From NCBI GenBank assembly GCA_965203565.1, contig OZ241896.1:876182-940181 (forward strand): a stretch of 64,000 nt of DNA, given 5' to 3'. The stretch's first letter is position 1. The number at the start of each line of letters is the position of its first letter. This DNA comes from Vicinamibacterales bacterium (GTDB taxonomy: Bacteria > Acidobacteriota > Vicinamibacteria > Vicinamibacterales > UBA8438). The notes under the pieces are model-generated. The model was not told the origin of the DNA and searched no databases. It was given only the letters and a program-made list of their open reading frames with translations. Positions 43,540-55,000 of this stretch are shown here, piece by piece. The position numbers were made by a program, and so were the translations under genes.

Positions 43540-44330
43540 TGGAGAACGCACCTCGCTGCACCGCCCGGGACCACGGGGCGCTCGTCGCGTACCTCTACGA
43601 CGAGTGCGATCCGGTCGAGCGGGCGCAGGTGGAGGCCCACCTGGCGGTCTGCGTCCGGTGCGCCGACGAAGCGGCGGCGTTTCGATCGGTGCGCGGCGCC
43701 CTGGGCGCCTGGGAGTCGCCGCAGCCGGCGCTCGGCTTCAGGGTGGTGTCCGACCGGGACCGCACCGCCGCGTCGTGGCGGAGGCTCGCGCCGCGTCCCG
43801 GATGGGGTCTGGCGGCGGCCGCCGGGATGGTGCTGGCGGCCGGGGTCCTGCTTGGCGGCGTCGAGGTGCGGTACGGTGACGACGTCTTCGTGTTCCGCGC
43901 CGGACTGGTGGACTACGTACGCTCGCTGGCGGCGCCGTCCGCGCCGGCGCCGCCCGGCGCCGGGGATCGCACCGCGGCGGCGTCCGCCGGGCCGGCCGCC
44001 GCCGAGCGGCCGTGGCGCGCCGATCTGGCGGCGCTCGGGAACCAGTTGCGCCGCGAGCTGGCGCCGGCCGCGGGCGGGCCCGGGCGCGCGTCGCCCCTGG
44101 CGCTCGGGCCGGAGACGAGGCTCGCCGGAGACCGCGACGCGCTTCTGCGGCAGGTTCGCGGCCTGATCGCGCAGAGCGAGCGCCGGCAGCAGCAGGAGCG
44201 GGCGCTGTGGCTCACGGAGTTCGCCCAGGAGCTCGACGTGCAGCGCAGCGCCGACCAGCAGCGGTTGCAGCAGGAGCTCGGAGCGCTCGACGGGGTCGCC
44301 GACTACCTCGTGCGGGTCTCGCAGCCGTAA
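43539..44330 (+). CDS. Anti-sigma factor, zf-HC2 type, single TM
   Basis: The start overlaps the sigma stop (TGATG). HLAVCVRCADE (Hx3Cx2C), with TM segment WGLAAAAGMVLAAGVLLGGV. Confidence 0.8.
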   Translation: MENAPRCTARDHGALVAYLYDECDPVERAQVEAHLAVCVRCADEAAAFRSVRGALGAWESPQPALGFRVVSDRDRTAASWRRLAPRPGWGLAAAAGMVLAAGVLLGGVEVRYGDDVFVFRAGLVDYVRSLAAPSAPAPPGAGDRTAAASAGPAAAERPWRADLAALGNQLRRELAPAAGGPGRASPLALGPETRLAGDRDALLRQVRGLIAQSERRQQQERALWLTEFAQELDVQRSADQQRLQQELGALDGVADYLVRVSQP

Positions 44331-44337
44331 TTGATAG

Positions 44338-45129
44338 ATGGACGCCGCCGGCCGCAACGTTCGCCCGTTCCTGGCCGCCGCGCTGCTGCTGGCGCATTCC
44401 GCCCAGGCGCAGCCGTCCGGCCGGGGGCCGGACGCAGCCGTGGGCGGGGTCGTCGAGCAGCAGGTGCTCCTCGTCGAGCAGGCGCTCGAGCAGGCGGTGA
44501 GCCGCGGCGTGACCGCCGTGGAGCAGCGGTTCCCGTCCGTGCCGCCCGGACTGCTCTTCTTCGCCGGGTCGATCCGGGCCCGCGGGTTCGTCCTGGACGA
44601 TTACGGCCTGTTCTTCGACGTCGAGCATCCGGTGGTGCGGCGGAGCATCGTGTGGTCCATGCGCGTCCTCGACCGGCTCGACGCCGACCGGGCGCATGCG
44701 CTGGCGGGCGTTCGGCGCCGGATGCTCGCGCGGCCGGACGTCCCCGGCCGGGCGGTCCGGCGCGCCGCGGAGCAGCGGGCCCGGATGGCCTCGGCCGACC
44801 CGGTCCCGGCCGCTTCCGCCGACCGGCCGGCGATCCCGCCGGGCGGCGCGCCGCCGGTTCCCCAGGCTGCGGATCCGGAAGCGCTCTACCGCGCTGCGCT
44901 CGCGAACGCCCTGACGGACGCGCTGATCCGATACGGCGGATCGATGCAGGCGGGGGCGCTCGGCGGCGTCGAATGGGTGACGGTCGCCGCGCGGGACGGC
45001 CGCGGCCTCGGCGTGCGTCCGGGCGACCGGCGCACGTTGCAGATCCGGGTCCGGGGCGACGACCTCACCGCCCTCCGCGGCGGCCGCATCTCCCCGGAAG
45101 AGGCGCAGGCCCGCATCGAGACCCGATGA
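44338..45129 (+). CDS. Secreted hypothetical protein, third gene of ECF operon
   Basis: MDAAGRNVRPFLAAALLLAHSAQAQ signal. No recognisable domain. Confidence 0.5.
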   Translation: MDAAGRNVRPFLAAALLLAHSAQAQPSGRGPDAAVGGVVEQQVLLVEQALEQAVSRGVTAVEQRFPSVPPGLLFFAGSIRARGFVLDDYGLFFDVEHPVVRRSIVWSMRVLDRLDADRAHALAGVRRRMLARPDVPGRAVRRAAEQRARMASADPVPAASADRPAIPPGGAPPVPQAADPEALYRAALANALTDALIRYGGSMQAGALGGVEWVTVAARDGRGLGVRPGDRRTLQIRVRGDDLTALRGGRISPEEAQARIETR

Positions 45130-45142
45130 TCCGCGACACGGT

Positions 45143-45176
45143 CCCGTTCAGGCTCATCTGCCGTTGGAAGAGACTC
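45143..45176 (+). repeat. Solo copy (S) of the 33-nt motif
   Basis: CCCGTTCAGGCTCATCTGCCGTTGGAAGAGACTC is nearly identical to R2 (5858-5891). It is followed by TTGACG (45183-45188)-N18-TATCGT. Confidence 0.6.
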
Positions 45177-45223
45177 TATTCGTTGACGGGACGCACAGGC
45201 TTCGGCTATCGTACCGGAACGGG

Positions 45224-45529
45224 ATGGCGGCAGGAGATTTCGTTCACGCCGCGGCGGGCCGGAGCCGTTCCGGCTGGCGCGTATCGATAGCCGCCCTGGC
45301 GATCGCGCTGATCGGCGCTGCGTCCACAGCGGCCGGCTGGCACGAGGAGCACGCCGGCGCGCAGGACTGCGCCGCCTGCCATTTCGGATGTCAGCCTGCC
45401 GCTGACCTCGCAGGTTCCATCTCGGTCGGCCCGGTCTCGCGTCCGGCGGCGTTTGCGCCGGAGCTCCGCGCCGGCTGGAGCGCGCCCGGCCGTTTCTCTC
45501 GCCTTCCCGCCCGCGCCCCGCCCGTCTGA
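45224..45529 (+). CDS. Small membrane-anchored protein with a CxxCH motif (hypothetical)
   Basis: MAAGDFVHAAAGRSRSGWRVSIAALAIALIGAASTAAGWHEEHAGAQDCAACHFG... This is the in-frame part of track ORF 45164..45529. Confidence 0.3.
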   Translation: MAAGDFVHAAAGRSRSGWRVSIAALAIALIGAASTAAGWHEEHAGAQDCAACHFGCQPAADLAGSISVGPVSRPAAFAPELRAGWSAPGRFSRLPARAPPV

Positions 45530-45810
45530 TTCCCGTCACGTTGTCTCCGTCGGTCGTGCAGCGACAGCCAGTGTGCATGGGGCGCGTCCGCGCGCAGGCG
45601 CCGCGAACGGCGTCGCCGGGCGGCGTCAGCCCTTTTTGGCGACGCGGATCGCCTGCTCGTCGCCGCTCGACCTTGGTCGAATGCATTGCAAGGTTGCACA
45701 AGGCGCTGTGCGCCTCCTCCGCCGCGCTCCGGTCCCTTCGGGTGACTCGTCGCTCGCGCCGCTGCGGGGCGGCTCCGTCCGGCCAGCTGCACGCTGTGAA
45801 GTTCCCTTCA

Positions 45811-45967
45811 CAGCCCGTGGTGGAACCCCGCGTCGCGCCGAGAGCGGTGAGGCGCCCGGCTGACAAGGCGTGAGGAGGGCGCATATTGGGCATACGCAAC
45901 CGACGAACAACGCCGTCAGGCGGGATGCATCGCCGCTCGAATGCAGCGGGGCTTTCACCACGGGCTG
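45811..45967 (+). mobile_element. 157-bp MITE, copy e, ~100 nt upstream of the giant gene start
   Basis: A perfect flanking repeat TTCA lies at 45807-45810 and 45968-45971. Confidence 0.85.
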
Positions 45968-45994
45968 TTCAGCCCCATGCTGACCCCGGTCCAG

Positions 45995-46011
45995 CCCCCC
46001 CCCCCCCCCCC
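45995..46011. repeat. 17-nt homopolymeric C tract, 34-55 nt upstream of the giant CDS start
   Basis: Counted directly. An in-frame TGA at 46018-46020 shows the tract is outside the giant CDS. Confidence 0.95.
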
Positions 46012-46065
46012 GGACGCTGACGCCTCGCCGCCGACCGCCGCCCCGTGCCGTCGCCTCTTCAGCCC

Positions 46066-49000
46066 GTGAGACCGCTTCGCGCCGCAAGATTCGTCGTCGG
46101 GCTGCTGACCGCCGCCGTCTCGTGGACGTTCGCCGTCGACGCCGCCGCGCAGGACGGGGCGCCGACCCTCTCCATCGATTCGCCGCGCGTCGCCGAGGGC
46201 CACAGCGGCTCCACCTCCCTGACCTTCACGGTGACGCTCGCTCCGGCGAGCCACAAGACGGTCACGGCGCCCTACGCGGACTCCCGGACCGGCACCGCCA
46301 CGGCCGGCGCCGACTACAACGCGCTCGCTCCGGGAACCCTGACCTTCACCGCGGGGGAAACGAGCAAGACCATCACCGTGTCCGTGATCGGCGATACGGC
46401 GGCCGAGTCGGACGAAACCGTGGTGGTGGCGCTGGGCAAGGCCGACGGCGCCGCGGTCGGAACCGCGGCCGGAACCGGGACGATCGCCGACGACGACACG
46501 GCTCCGGCGCTCTCCATCGATTCGCCGCGCGTCAACGAAGGCGACGAGGGCGCGGTGAACCTCACCTTCACGGTGACGCTCGCCCCGACGAGCACGAAGG
46601 AGGTGACCGTCGGATACGCCGAGGGCGCCGGCGGCACCGCCACGGCCGGCGCCGACTACAACGCGCTCGCCCCGGGAACCCTGACCTTCGCCGCGGGGGA
46701 CGCCAGGAAGACGGTCACCGTCTCGGTGATTCCGGACACGAAGGCCGAACCGAACGAAACCGTGGTGGTGACGCTGTCGAAGCCGGAGAACGCGACCATC
46801 GCCCGCGCGACCGGAACCGGGACGATCACCGACGACGACGCAGCCCGCCCGTCGCTCTCGATCGCGGGAGCGACGGTCACGGAAGGAACCGGGGGTTCGA
46901 CGGATCTGACCTTCACCGTGACGCTGAGCGCGGCCAGTGCGGCCGGGGTCACCGTGGACTACGCCACCGGGACCGGCGGTACGGCGGTCTCCGGAACGGA
47001 CTACACGGCCGTTTCCGGGACGCTGACCTTCACCGCGAACGACACCACCGAAACCCTTTCCGTCCCGGTCACGACCGACGCGACGGACGAAAACGACGAA
47101 ACGGTGACGGTAATCCTGTCGAACCCGGTGAACGCGACGATCTCCACCGCCTCCGGCGTCGGGACCATCACGGACGACGACGCCCCTCCGACGGTGTCCA
47201 TCGCCTCGGCGCGCGCGGCCGAGGGAGACAGCGGCTCGAACGACCTGGAGTTCACCGTGTCGCTCGGCGCCGTGAGCGGCCGCGAGATCACCGTGGACTA
47301 CGCCACCGGGACCGGCGGCACGGCGGTCTCCGGAACGGACTACACGGCCGTTTCCGGGACGCTGACCTTCGCCGCGGGCGTGACGAATCGAACGGTCACG
47401 GTCGCCACCATCGGCGACACCACCGACGAACCGAACGAAACGGTCGTCGTGGCGCTCCGCAACGCGGTGAACGCCTCGCTCGGCGCCGCCACCGCCACCG
47501 GAACGATCACCGACGACGACGACCCGCCCACGGTGACGCTCTCGCTGTCGTCGGGCTCGATCTCGGAGGCCTCCGGCACGACGGCGGTCTCGGCGACGCT
47601 GAGCCACGCATCGAGCGCAGCGACGACGATCGCCATCCCCGCCCGGTCGCTGGCCTGGACGGTTCCCGCGGATGCGTCCATCACCATCCCCGCGGGCGCG
47701 ACCGCGAACAGCGCGGACACGGTGACCCTCACCGCCATAGACAACACCTCCGACGAGCCGGACCGGAGGTACACGGTCACCGGTTCGGCGAGCAACGCGA
47801 TAGGCGCGGGCGCGGTGACCGGCGCCGCCCTCACCATCACCGACGACGACCCGAGCCCCGGCGGCCAGTGCGCGTCGGAGGGGGTCGACCTGCAGTTCGC
47901 GGTGTCTCCGGGGACGATCGCCGAAAACGGCGGGACCGCCACCGTAACGGTGAAGGCGCTCGCCCCCGACCTCGCCGTCGTCCAGGTGCTGTTCGGCTTC
48001 TCCGGAGCGACGCAAGGTACGCATTTCACGGTGACCGGGAGCGGGACCGCCCAGTCCGGCGTCGGCTGGCTGCTGGGCGTCCCGGGGGGCGCCGCGAGAA
48101 CCACCTCGACCTTCACGGTCACGGCGCAGGACAACAGCGATTTCGAGACCCGCACGCTGCGGATGGACATCGCTGTCCTGAACGTCGCCGGCTGTTCCTT
48201 CCCGTCGCAGGAAGTCGTCATCCGGGACGACGACGCCGCGCTGGTGACCTCCGCCGTCAGCGGCCAGGCGACGGAGGCGGGCGGCGCCGCCACCTTCACC
48301 GTGCGGCTGGCGAGCCGTCCCACGGCGAGCGTGTCGGTGGCGCTGTCGAGCGCCGACTCCGGCGAAGGGACCGTCAGCCCGACGAACCTCACCTTCACGC
48401 GCACGAACTGGAACTCACCGCAGACGGTCACGGTGACCGGAGTGGACGACGACTTCCACGACGGCGATCGGAGGTACGCCGTGCGCCTCGGCCGGCCCGC
48501 GACCACCGATGCCGGATACGGCCGGCTCGGCCCGCGGGAAGTGTCCGTCAGCACGACCGACGACGAGTCGCCGCCGCGGGTGACCCTGTCGGTGTCCCCG
48601 AGTTCCGTTTCGGAGAACGGCGGAACGGCGCGGGTCTCGGCGACCCTCGGCGTGGCCTCGGAGGCCGCGACCACGATCACGATCTCCCCGGTGTCCGGCG
48701 CCTACACCGTCGGAAGCGACGCGACGATCACCATACCCGCCGGCGCCACCGCGAACGCCGCCGACACGGTGACGGTGACCGCGGTGGACAACGGCGCGGA
48801 CGAGGTGGACCGGACGCCGATAGTGACCGGGACCGCCTCCAACCCGCTCGGCGTCGGCGCGGTCACCGGCGCCGTCCTCACGCTGACCGACGACGACGGA
48901 GCGCCGACGGTGATTCTGTCCGTCTCGCCGGCGCGCATCTCCGAAGCCGGGGGGACGGCGACGATCCGGGCGGCGCTGTCGAGCGCCTTTTCCTCGGACA

Positions 49001-52000
49001 TCGAAGTGTCCGTCTCCGGACTTCTCGGTGTCTACCGGGTCCCCGACACAGCGATCGTCATCCGGGCCGGTTCGACGACCAGCGAGAACACGTTGACCCT
49101 CACCGCGGCGAACAACCCGACCGACGCCCCCGACCGCGCGCTCGTGATTTCCGGGCGCGCCCGTTACACCACCGACTCCGGCGCCGCGGCGACGGCGGCC
49201 GTGCGCCCGGCGTCGCTGACCATCGTGGACGACGATCTGCCTTCGGGCTCTTCCCCGATCTTCATCAATGCCCGCGGGCAGAGGACCAGCGAGAGCAGCG
49301 CCGGGACCGGAACGACCTTCGCCATCGGGTTCCACGTCATCCTCTCCCACCCCGCCCGCAGCGAGGGCGTCACCGTGGACTACGCGGTGACTTCCGGCAC
49401 CGCGACCGCAGGCCAGGACTACCGCGCGGGACGCGACTTCGCGAACGTCCTGCGCGGCGGCGGCACGGTCCTGGGCGGCACGCTGACCTTCGCCGCCGGC
49501 GAGCAGCGGAAGTGGATCTACCTGGAGGGGCTGAAGGACGGAGTGACCGAACCGGTCGAGACGGTGGTCGTGGGGCTCAGTAACGCGACGAACGCGACGA
49601 TCGGACAGGCGACGATCCGCTCGACGATTTCGGACGGCGCGCTGCCGCCGTACCTGACGATCTCTCCGGTGCATCAGTACACCGGCGAAGGCGGCGTCAT
49701 GCGGTTCTCGGTGACGATGGATTCGCTGGCTTCCGGGACGGTCACCGTGGACTACGCCGACGCCGGCACGGGCACGGCGACATCCGGATCGGACTACACG
49801 GCGGTGACCTCCGGGACCCTGACGATGGGCAGTCTGGTCGAGTACATCCAGGTGCAGACGCTGAACGACACGGTGGACGAAGAGAACCACGAGACGTTCG
49901 TCCTGCGGTTGAGCAACGCGACGAACGCCACCTTCACCGACAACGCCGCCACGACGACCGGAACCGGCATCATCGTGGACGACGACGCCCCGCCGACCGT
50001 CTCCATCGACTCGCCCACCGTCGCCGAAGGCGACAGCGGACGCCGGAACCTCGACTTCACGGTGACCCTGGGGTCGGCCAGCGGGCGCACGGTCGAGGCC
50101 ACATACCGGGACGTCGCCGGGACCGCGGACACCCGCGACTATGTGGAAGTTCGCGGAACCCTGACCTTCGCGCCGGGGGAAACGAGCAAGACGGTGTCCG
50201 TCCCCGTGAAGGGAGACACGACGGACGAAGAAGACGAGACCCTGGACCTGCTTCTGACCAGCAACCACCTCACGCTCACCGCGTCGTCGCGGCGCGCGAC
50301 GGGAACGATCACGGACGACGACGACGAACCGCAACTGGGCATCTCCGCCGGGAGCGTCACCGAAGGGGACGACGGCTCGACGACGCTGACCTTCACCGTG
50401 AGCCTGAGCGCGGCGAGCGGGAAGTCGGTCACCGTGGAGTACGAGGACGCGGGCACGGGAACGGCGGCTTCCGGCGCGGACTATACCGCGCTCCCGGCGG
50501 GAACGCTCACTTTCGCCGCCGGCGAAACGAGCAAGACCGTGACGGTTTCCGTTACCGGAGACGAGACCGACGAACCGAACGAGACCGTCGTCCTCGAACT
50601 CAGCGATCCCGTGAACGCGACGATCTCGACGGCGTCCGCCTCCGGCACGATCACCGATGACGACGATGCCGCGACGGTGACGCTTTCGCTCTCCCCGGAT
50701 TCCCTCGCGGAAGGCGGCCGGGACGAGGTGAGCACGGTTACGGCGACGCTGGACCGCGCGACCGGCCGGGAGACGGTGGTCACGGTGTCCGCGGCGGCGG
50801 GGACGAACGCCGCCGCTTCCGACTTCCGGCTGAGTTCGAACACCGAACTCCGGATCGCCGCCGGCGCGACCTCGAGCACCGGCACGGTGACCATCACCGC
50901 GGTGGACAACGCCGCCGATCAACCGACGAGGAGCGTCACCGTGTCCGGTTCGGCGGCGAGCGACCTCGAAATCCGGGATCCGTCCGCGGTGACGCTGACG
51001 ATCACCGACGACGACCCGGCGCCGACGGCGGCGATCGACTCGCCGAGCGTCACCGAGGGCGACGACGGCGACACGGCGCTGCTGGGGTTCACCGTGAGTC
51101 TCAGCGCGGCGAGCGGCAAGACCGTCGAAGTCGCCTACGGCGAAGACGCCACCGAGAGCACGGCCGAATCAGGGACGGACTACACGGCCGTGGGGAGCGG
51201 CAAGGTCACCTTCACCCCCGGGGAGACCAAGAAGACGATAGCGGTATCGGTTACCGGAGACGAGCTGGACGAAGACGACGAGACCGTTTCGATCAAGTTG
51301 ACGAGCGCGAAGGAGGCGACGATCAACACCTCCGGCGACTCCGGCACGGGCACGATCACCGACGACGACGACGAGCCGTCACTCTCGATCTCCTCCCCGA
51401 GCGTGAGCGAAGGCGACAGCGGCGCCACCGACCTGGCCTTCACCGTGACCCTGGACGCGGCCAGCGGGCGGCGGATCACCGTCGCCTACGCGGACGCCGG
51501 GACGGGATCGGCCCGGAGCGGAACGGACTACGCCGCGATCAGCGGCGGCGCCCTGACCTTCGCGGCCGGCGAAACGAGCAAGACGGTGACGGTGTCGGTG
51601 CGGGGGGACACGGCCGACGAGCCGAACGAGACGGTGGTGGTGGCCCTGAGCAGCCCCACGAACGCGACGGTGTCGGCCACGGCGGGCCGCGGCACAGGGA
51701 CGATCACCGACGACGACGACGCGCCGACGGTGACGCTGGCGCTGTCCCGGACATCGATAGCGGAGAGCGGGGCGACCAACTCGGCGACGGTGACCGCGAG
51801 CCTGGACCGGGCGTCGTCCGAGGACACGACGGTGACGGTGTCGGCGGCGGCGGGGGCGGCCACGGCGGCGACGGACTTCACGCTGAGCGCCAGCCCGACG
51901 CTGACCATCGCGGCCGGCAGCACGAGCAGCAGCGGGACGGTCACGGTGACCGCGGTGGACAACACGCGGGACGAGGCGGACAAGAGCGTGACCGTGTCCG

Positions 52001-55000
52001 GTTCGGCGACCAACAGCCAGGGGATCACGCAGCCTTCGGCGGTGACGCTGGCGATCACCGACGACGACGATGCGCCGACGCTGTCGATCGACGCGCCGAG
52101 CGTGGCGGAGGGAAACAGCGGCTCGGCGGACCTGACGTTCACGGTGAGTCTGGACGCGGCCAGCGGGAAGGAGATCACCGTCGCGTACGCGGAGGGTACG
52201 GGCGGCACGGCGACGTCGGGCGCCGACTACACGGCGCCGAGCGGCGGGACGCTGACGTTCGCGGCGGGAGAGACGAGCAAGACGGTGACGGTCTCGGTGC
52301 GGGGGGACACGACCGACGAGCCGAACGAGACGGTGGTGGTGGCCCTGAGCAGCCCGACCAACGCAACCGTGTCGGCCACGGCGGGCAGCGGCGCCGGGAC
52401 GATCACGGACGACGACGATGCGCCGACGGTGACCCTGGTGCTGTCGCGGAGTTCGATAGCGGAGAGCGGGGCGGCCAACTCGACGACGGTGACCGCGAGC
52501 CTGGACCACCCTTCGTCGTCGGCGACGACCATCACGGTGGCGGCGGCGGCGGGAGCGGCCACGGCGGCGACGGACTTCGCGCTGAGCAGCAACACGACGC
52601 TGACGATCGCGGCCGGCGGCACGACCAGCAGCGGGACGGTGACGGTCACCGCGGGGGACAACACGCGGGACGACCCGGACAAGAGCGTGACGGTGTCGGG
52701 TACGGCGACCAACGCGCAGGGGATCACGCAGCCGGCGGCGGTGACGCTGACGATCACCGACGACGACGACGCGCCGACGGTGACCCTGGCGCTGTCGCGG
52801 AGTTCGATAGCGGAGAGCGGCGCGACCAACGCGGCGACGGTGACCGCGAGTCTGGACCGGGCGTCAAGTCAGCAGACGACGGTGACGGTTTCCGCGGCGC
52901 CGGGCGCGAACGCGGCGAACGGCGACTTCAGCCTGAGCGCCAGCCCGACGCTCACCATCGCGGCGGGGGCGACGAGCAGCAGCGGGACGGTGACGGTCAC
53001 GGCGGTGGACAACACGCGGGACCAGGTCGACAAGAGCGTGACGGTGTCGGGTTCGGCGGCGAACTCGCAGGGAATCACGCAGCCGTCGTCGGTGACGCTG
53101 ACGATCACCGACGACGACGGGGCGCCGACGCTGTCGATCGACGCGCCGAGCGTGACGGAGGGCGACAGCGGCTCGGCGAACCTGACGTTCACGGTGAGTC
53201 TGCGTCCGGCCAGCGGCCGGCAGGTGACGGTGAACTACGCGGAGGGAACGGGCGGCACGGCGACGTCGGGTACGGACTACACGGCGCTGAGCGGCGGGAT
53301 GCTGACGTTCGCGGCGGGGGAGACGAGCAAGACGGTGACGGTGCAGGTGCGGGGGGACACGACCGACGAGCCGAACGAGACGGTGGTGGTGGCCCTGAGT
53401 GGGGCAACGAATGCGACGGTGTCGGCCACGGCAGGCCGCGGCACAGGGACGATCACCGACGACGACGACGCGCCGAAGGTGACCCTGGCGCTGTCGCGGA
53501 CCTCGATCGCGGAGAGCGGCGCGACCAACGCGGCGACCGTGACCGCGAGCCTGGATCGGGCATCGTCCGCATCGACGACGGTGACGGTTTCGGCGGCGCC
53601 GGGGGCGGCCACGGCGGCGGGAGACTTCAGCCTGAGCAGCAACACGACGCTGACGATCGCGGCGGGCAGCACGAGCAGCAGCGGAACGGTGACGGTGACG
53701 GCGGTGGACAACACGCGGGACCAGGTCAACAAGAGCGTGACGGTGTCGGGTTCGGCGGCGAACTCGCAGGGAATCACGCAGCCGTCGTCGGTGACGCTGA
53801 CGATCACCGACGACGACGGGGCGCCGACGCTGTCGATCGACGCGCCGAGCGTGACGGAGGGCGACAGCGGTTCGGCGAACCTGACGTTCACGGTGAGTCT
53901 GAGTCCGGCCAGCGGCCGGCAGGTGACGGTGAACTACGCGGAGGGAACGGGCGGCACGGCGACGGCGGGAACGGACTACACGGCGCTGAGCGGCGGGATG
54001 CTGACGTTCGCGGCGGGGGAGACGAGCAAGACGGTGACGGTGCAGGTGCGGGGGGACACGACCGACGAGCCGAACGAGACGGTGGTGGTGGCCCTGAGCA
54101 GCCCGACCAACGCGACGGTGTCGAGCACCGCCGGCACGGGGACGGGGACGATCACCGACGACGACGACGCGCCGACGGTGACCCTGGCGCTGTCGCGGAC
54201 CTCGATCGCGGAGAGCGGCGCGACCAACGCGGCGACCGTGACCGCGAGCCTGGATCGGGCATCGTCCGCATCGACGACGGTGACGGTTTCGGCGGCGCCG
54301 GGGGCGGCCACGGCGGCGGGAGACTTCAGCCTGAGCAGCAACACGACGCTGACGATCGCGGCTGGCGCAACGAGCAGCACGGGGTCGGTGTCGGTGACGG
54401 CGGTGGACAACACGCAGGACGCGGCGAACAAGAGCGTAACCGTGTCCGGTTCGGCGACCAACTCGCAGGGAATCACGCAGCCGGCGGCGGTGACGCTGAC
54501 GATCACCGACGACGACGGGGCGCCGACGCTGTCGATCGACGCGCCGAGCGTGACGGAAGGCGACAGCGGCTCGGCGAACCTGACGTTCACGGTGAGTCTG
54601 AGTCCGGCCAGCGGCCGGCAGGTGACGGTGAACTACGCGGAGGGAACGGGCGGCACGGCGACGTCGGGTACGGACTACACGGCGCTGAGTGGCGGGATGC
54701 TGACGTTCGCGGCGGGGGACACGAGCAAGACGGTCACGGTCTCGGTGCGGGGGGACACGACCGACGAGCCGAACGAGACGGTGGTGGTGGCCCTGAGCAG
54801 CCCGACCAACGCGACGGTGTCGGCCACGGCAGGCCGCGGCACGGGGACGATCAACGACGACGACGCGACGCCGAAGGTGACGCTGGCGCTGTCGCGGACT
54901 TCGATCACCGAGAGCGGCGCGACCAACGCGGCGACGGTGACTGCGAGTCTGGATCGGGCATCGTCCGCATCGACGACGGTGACGGTTTCGGCGGCGGCCG

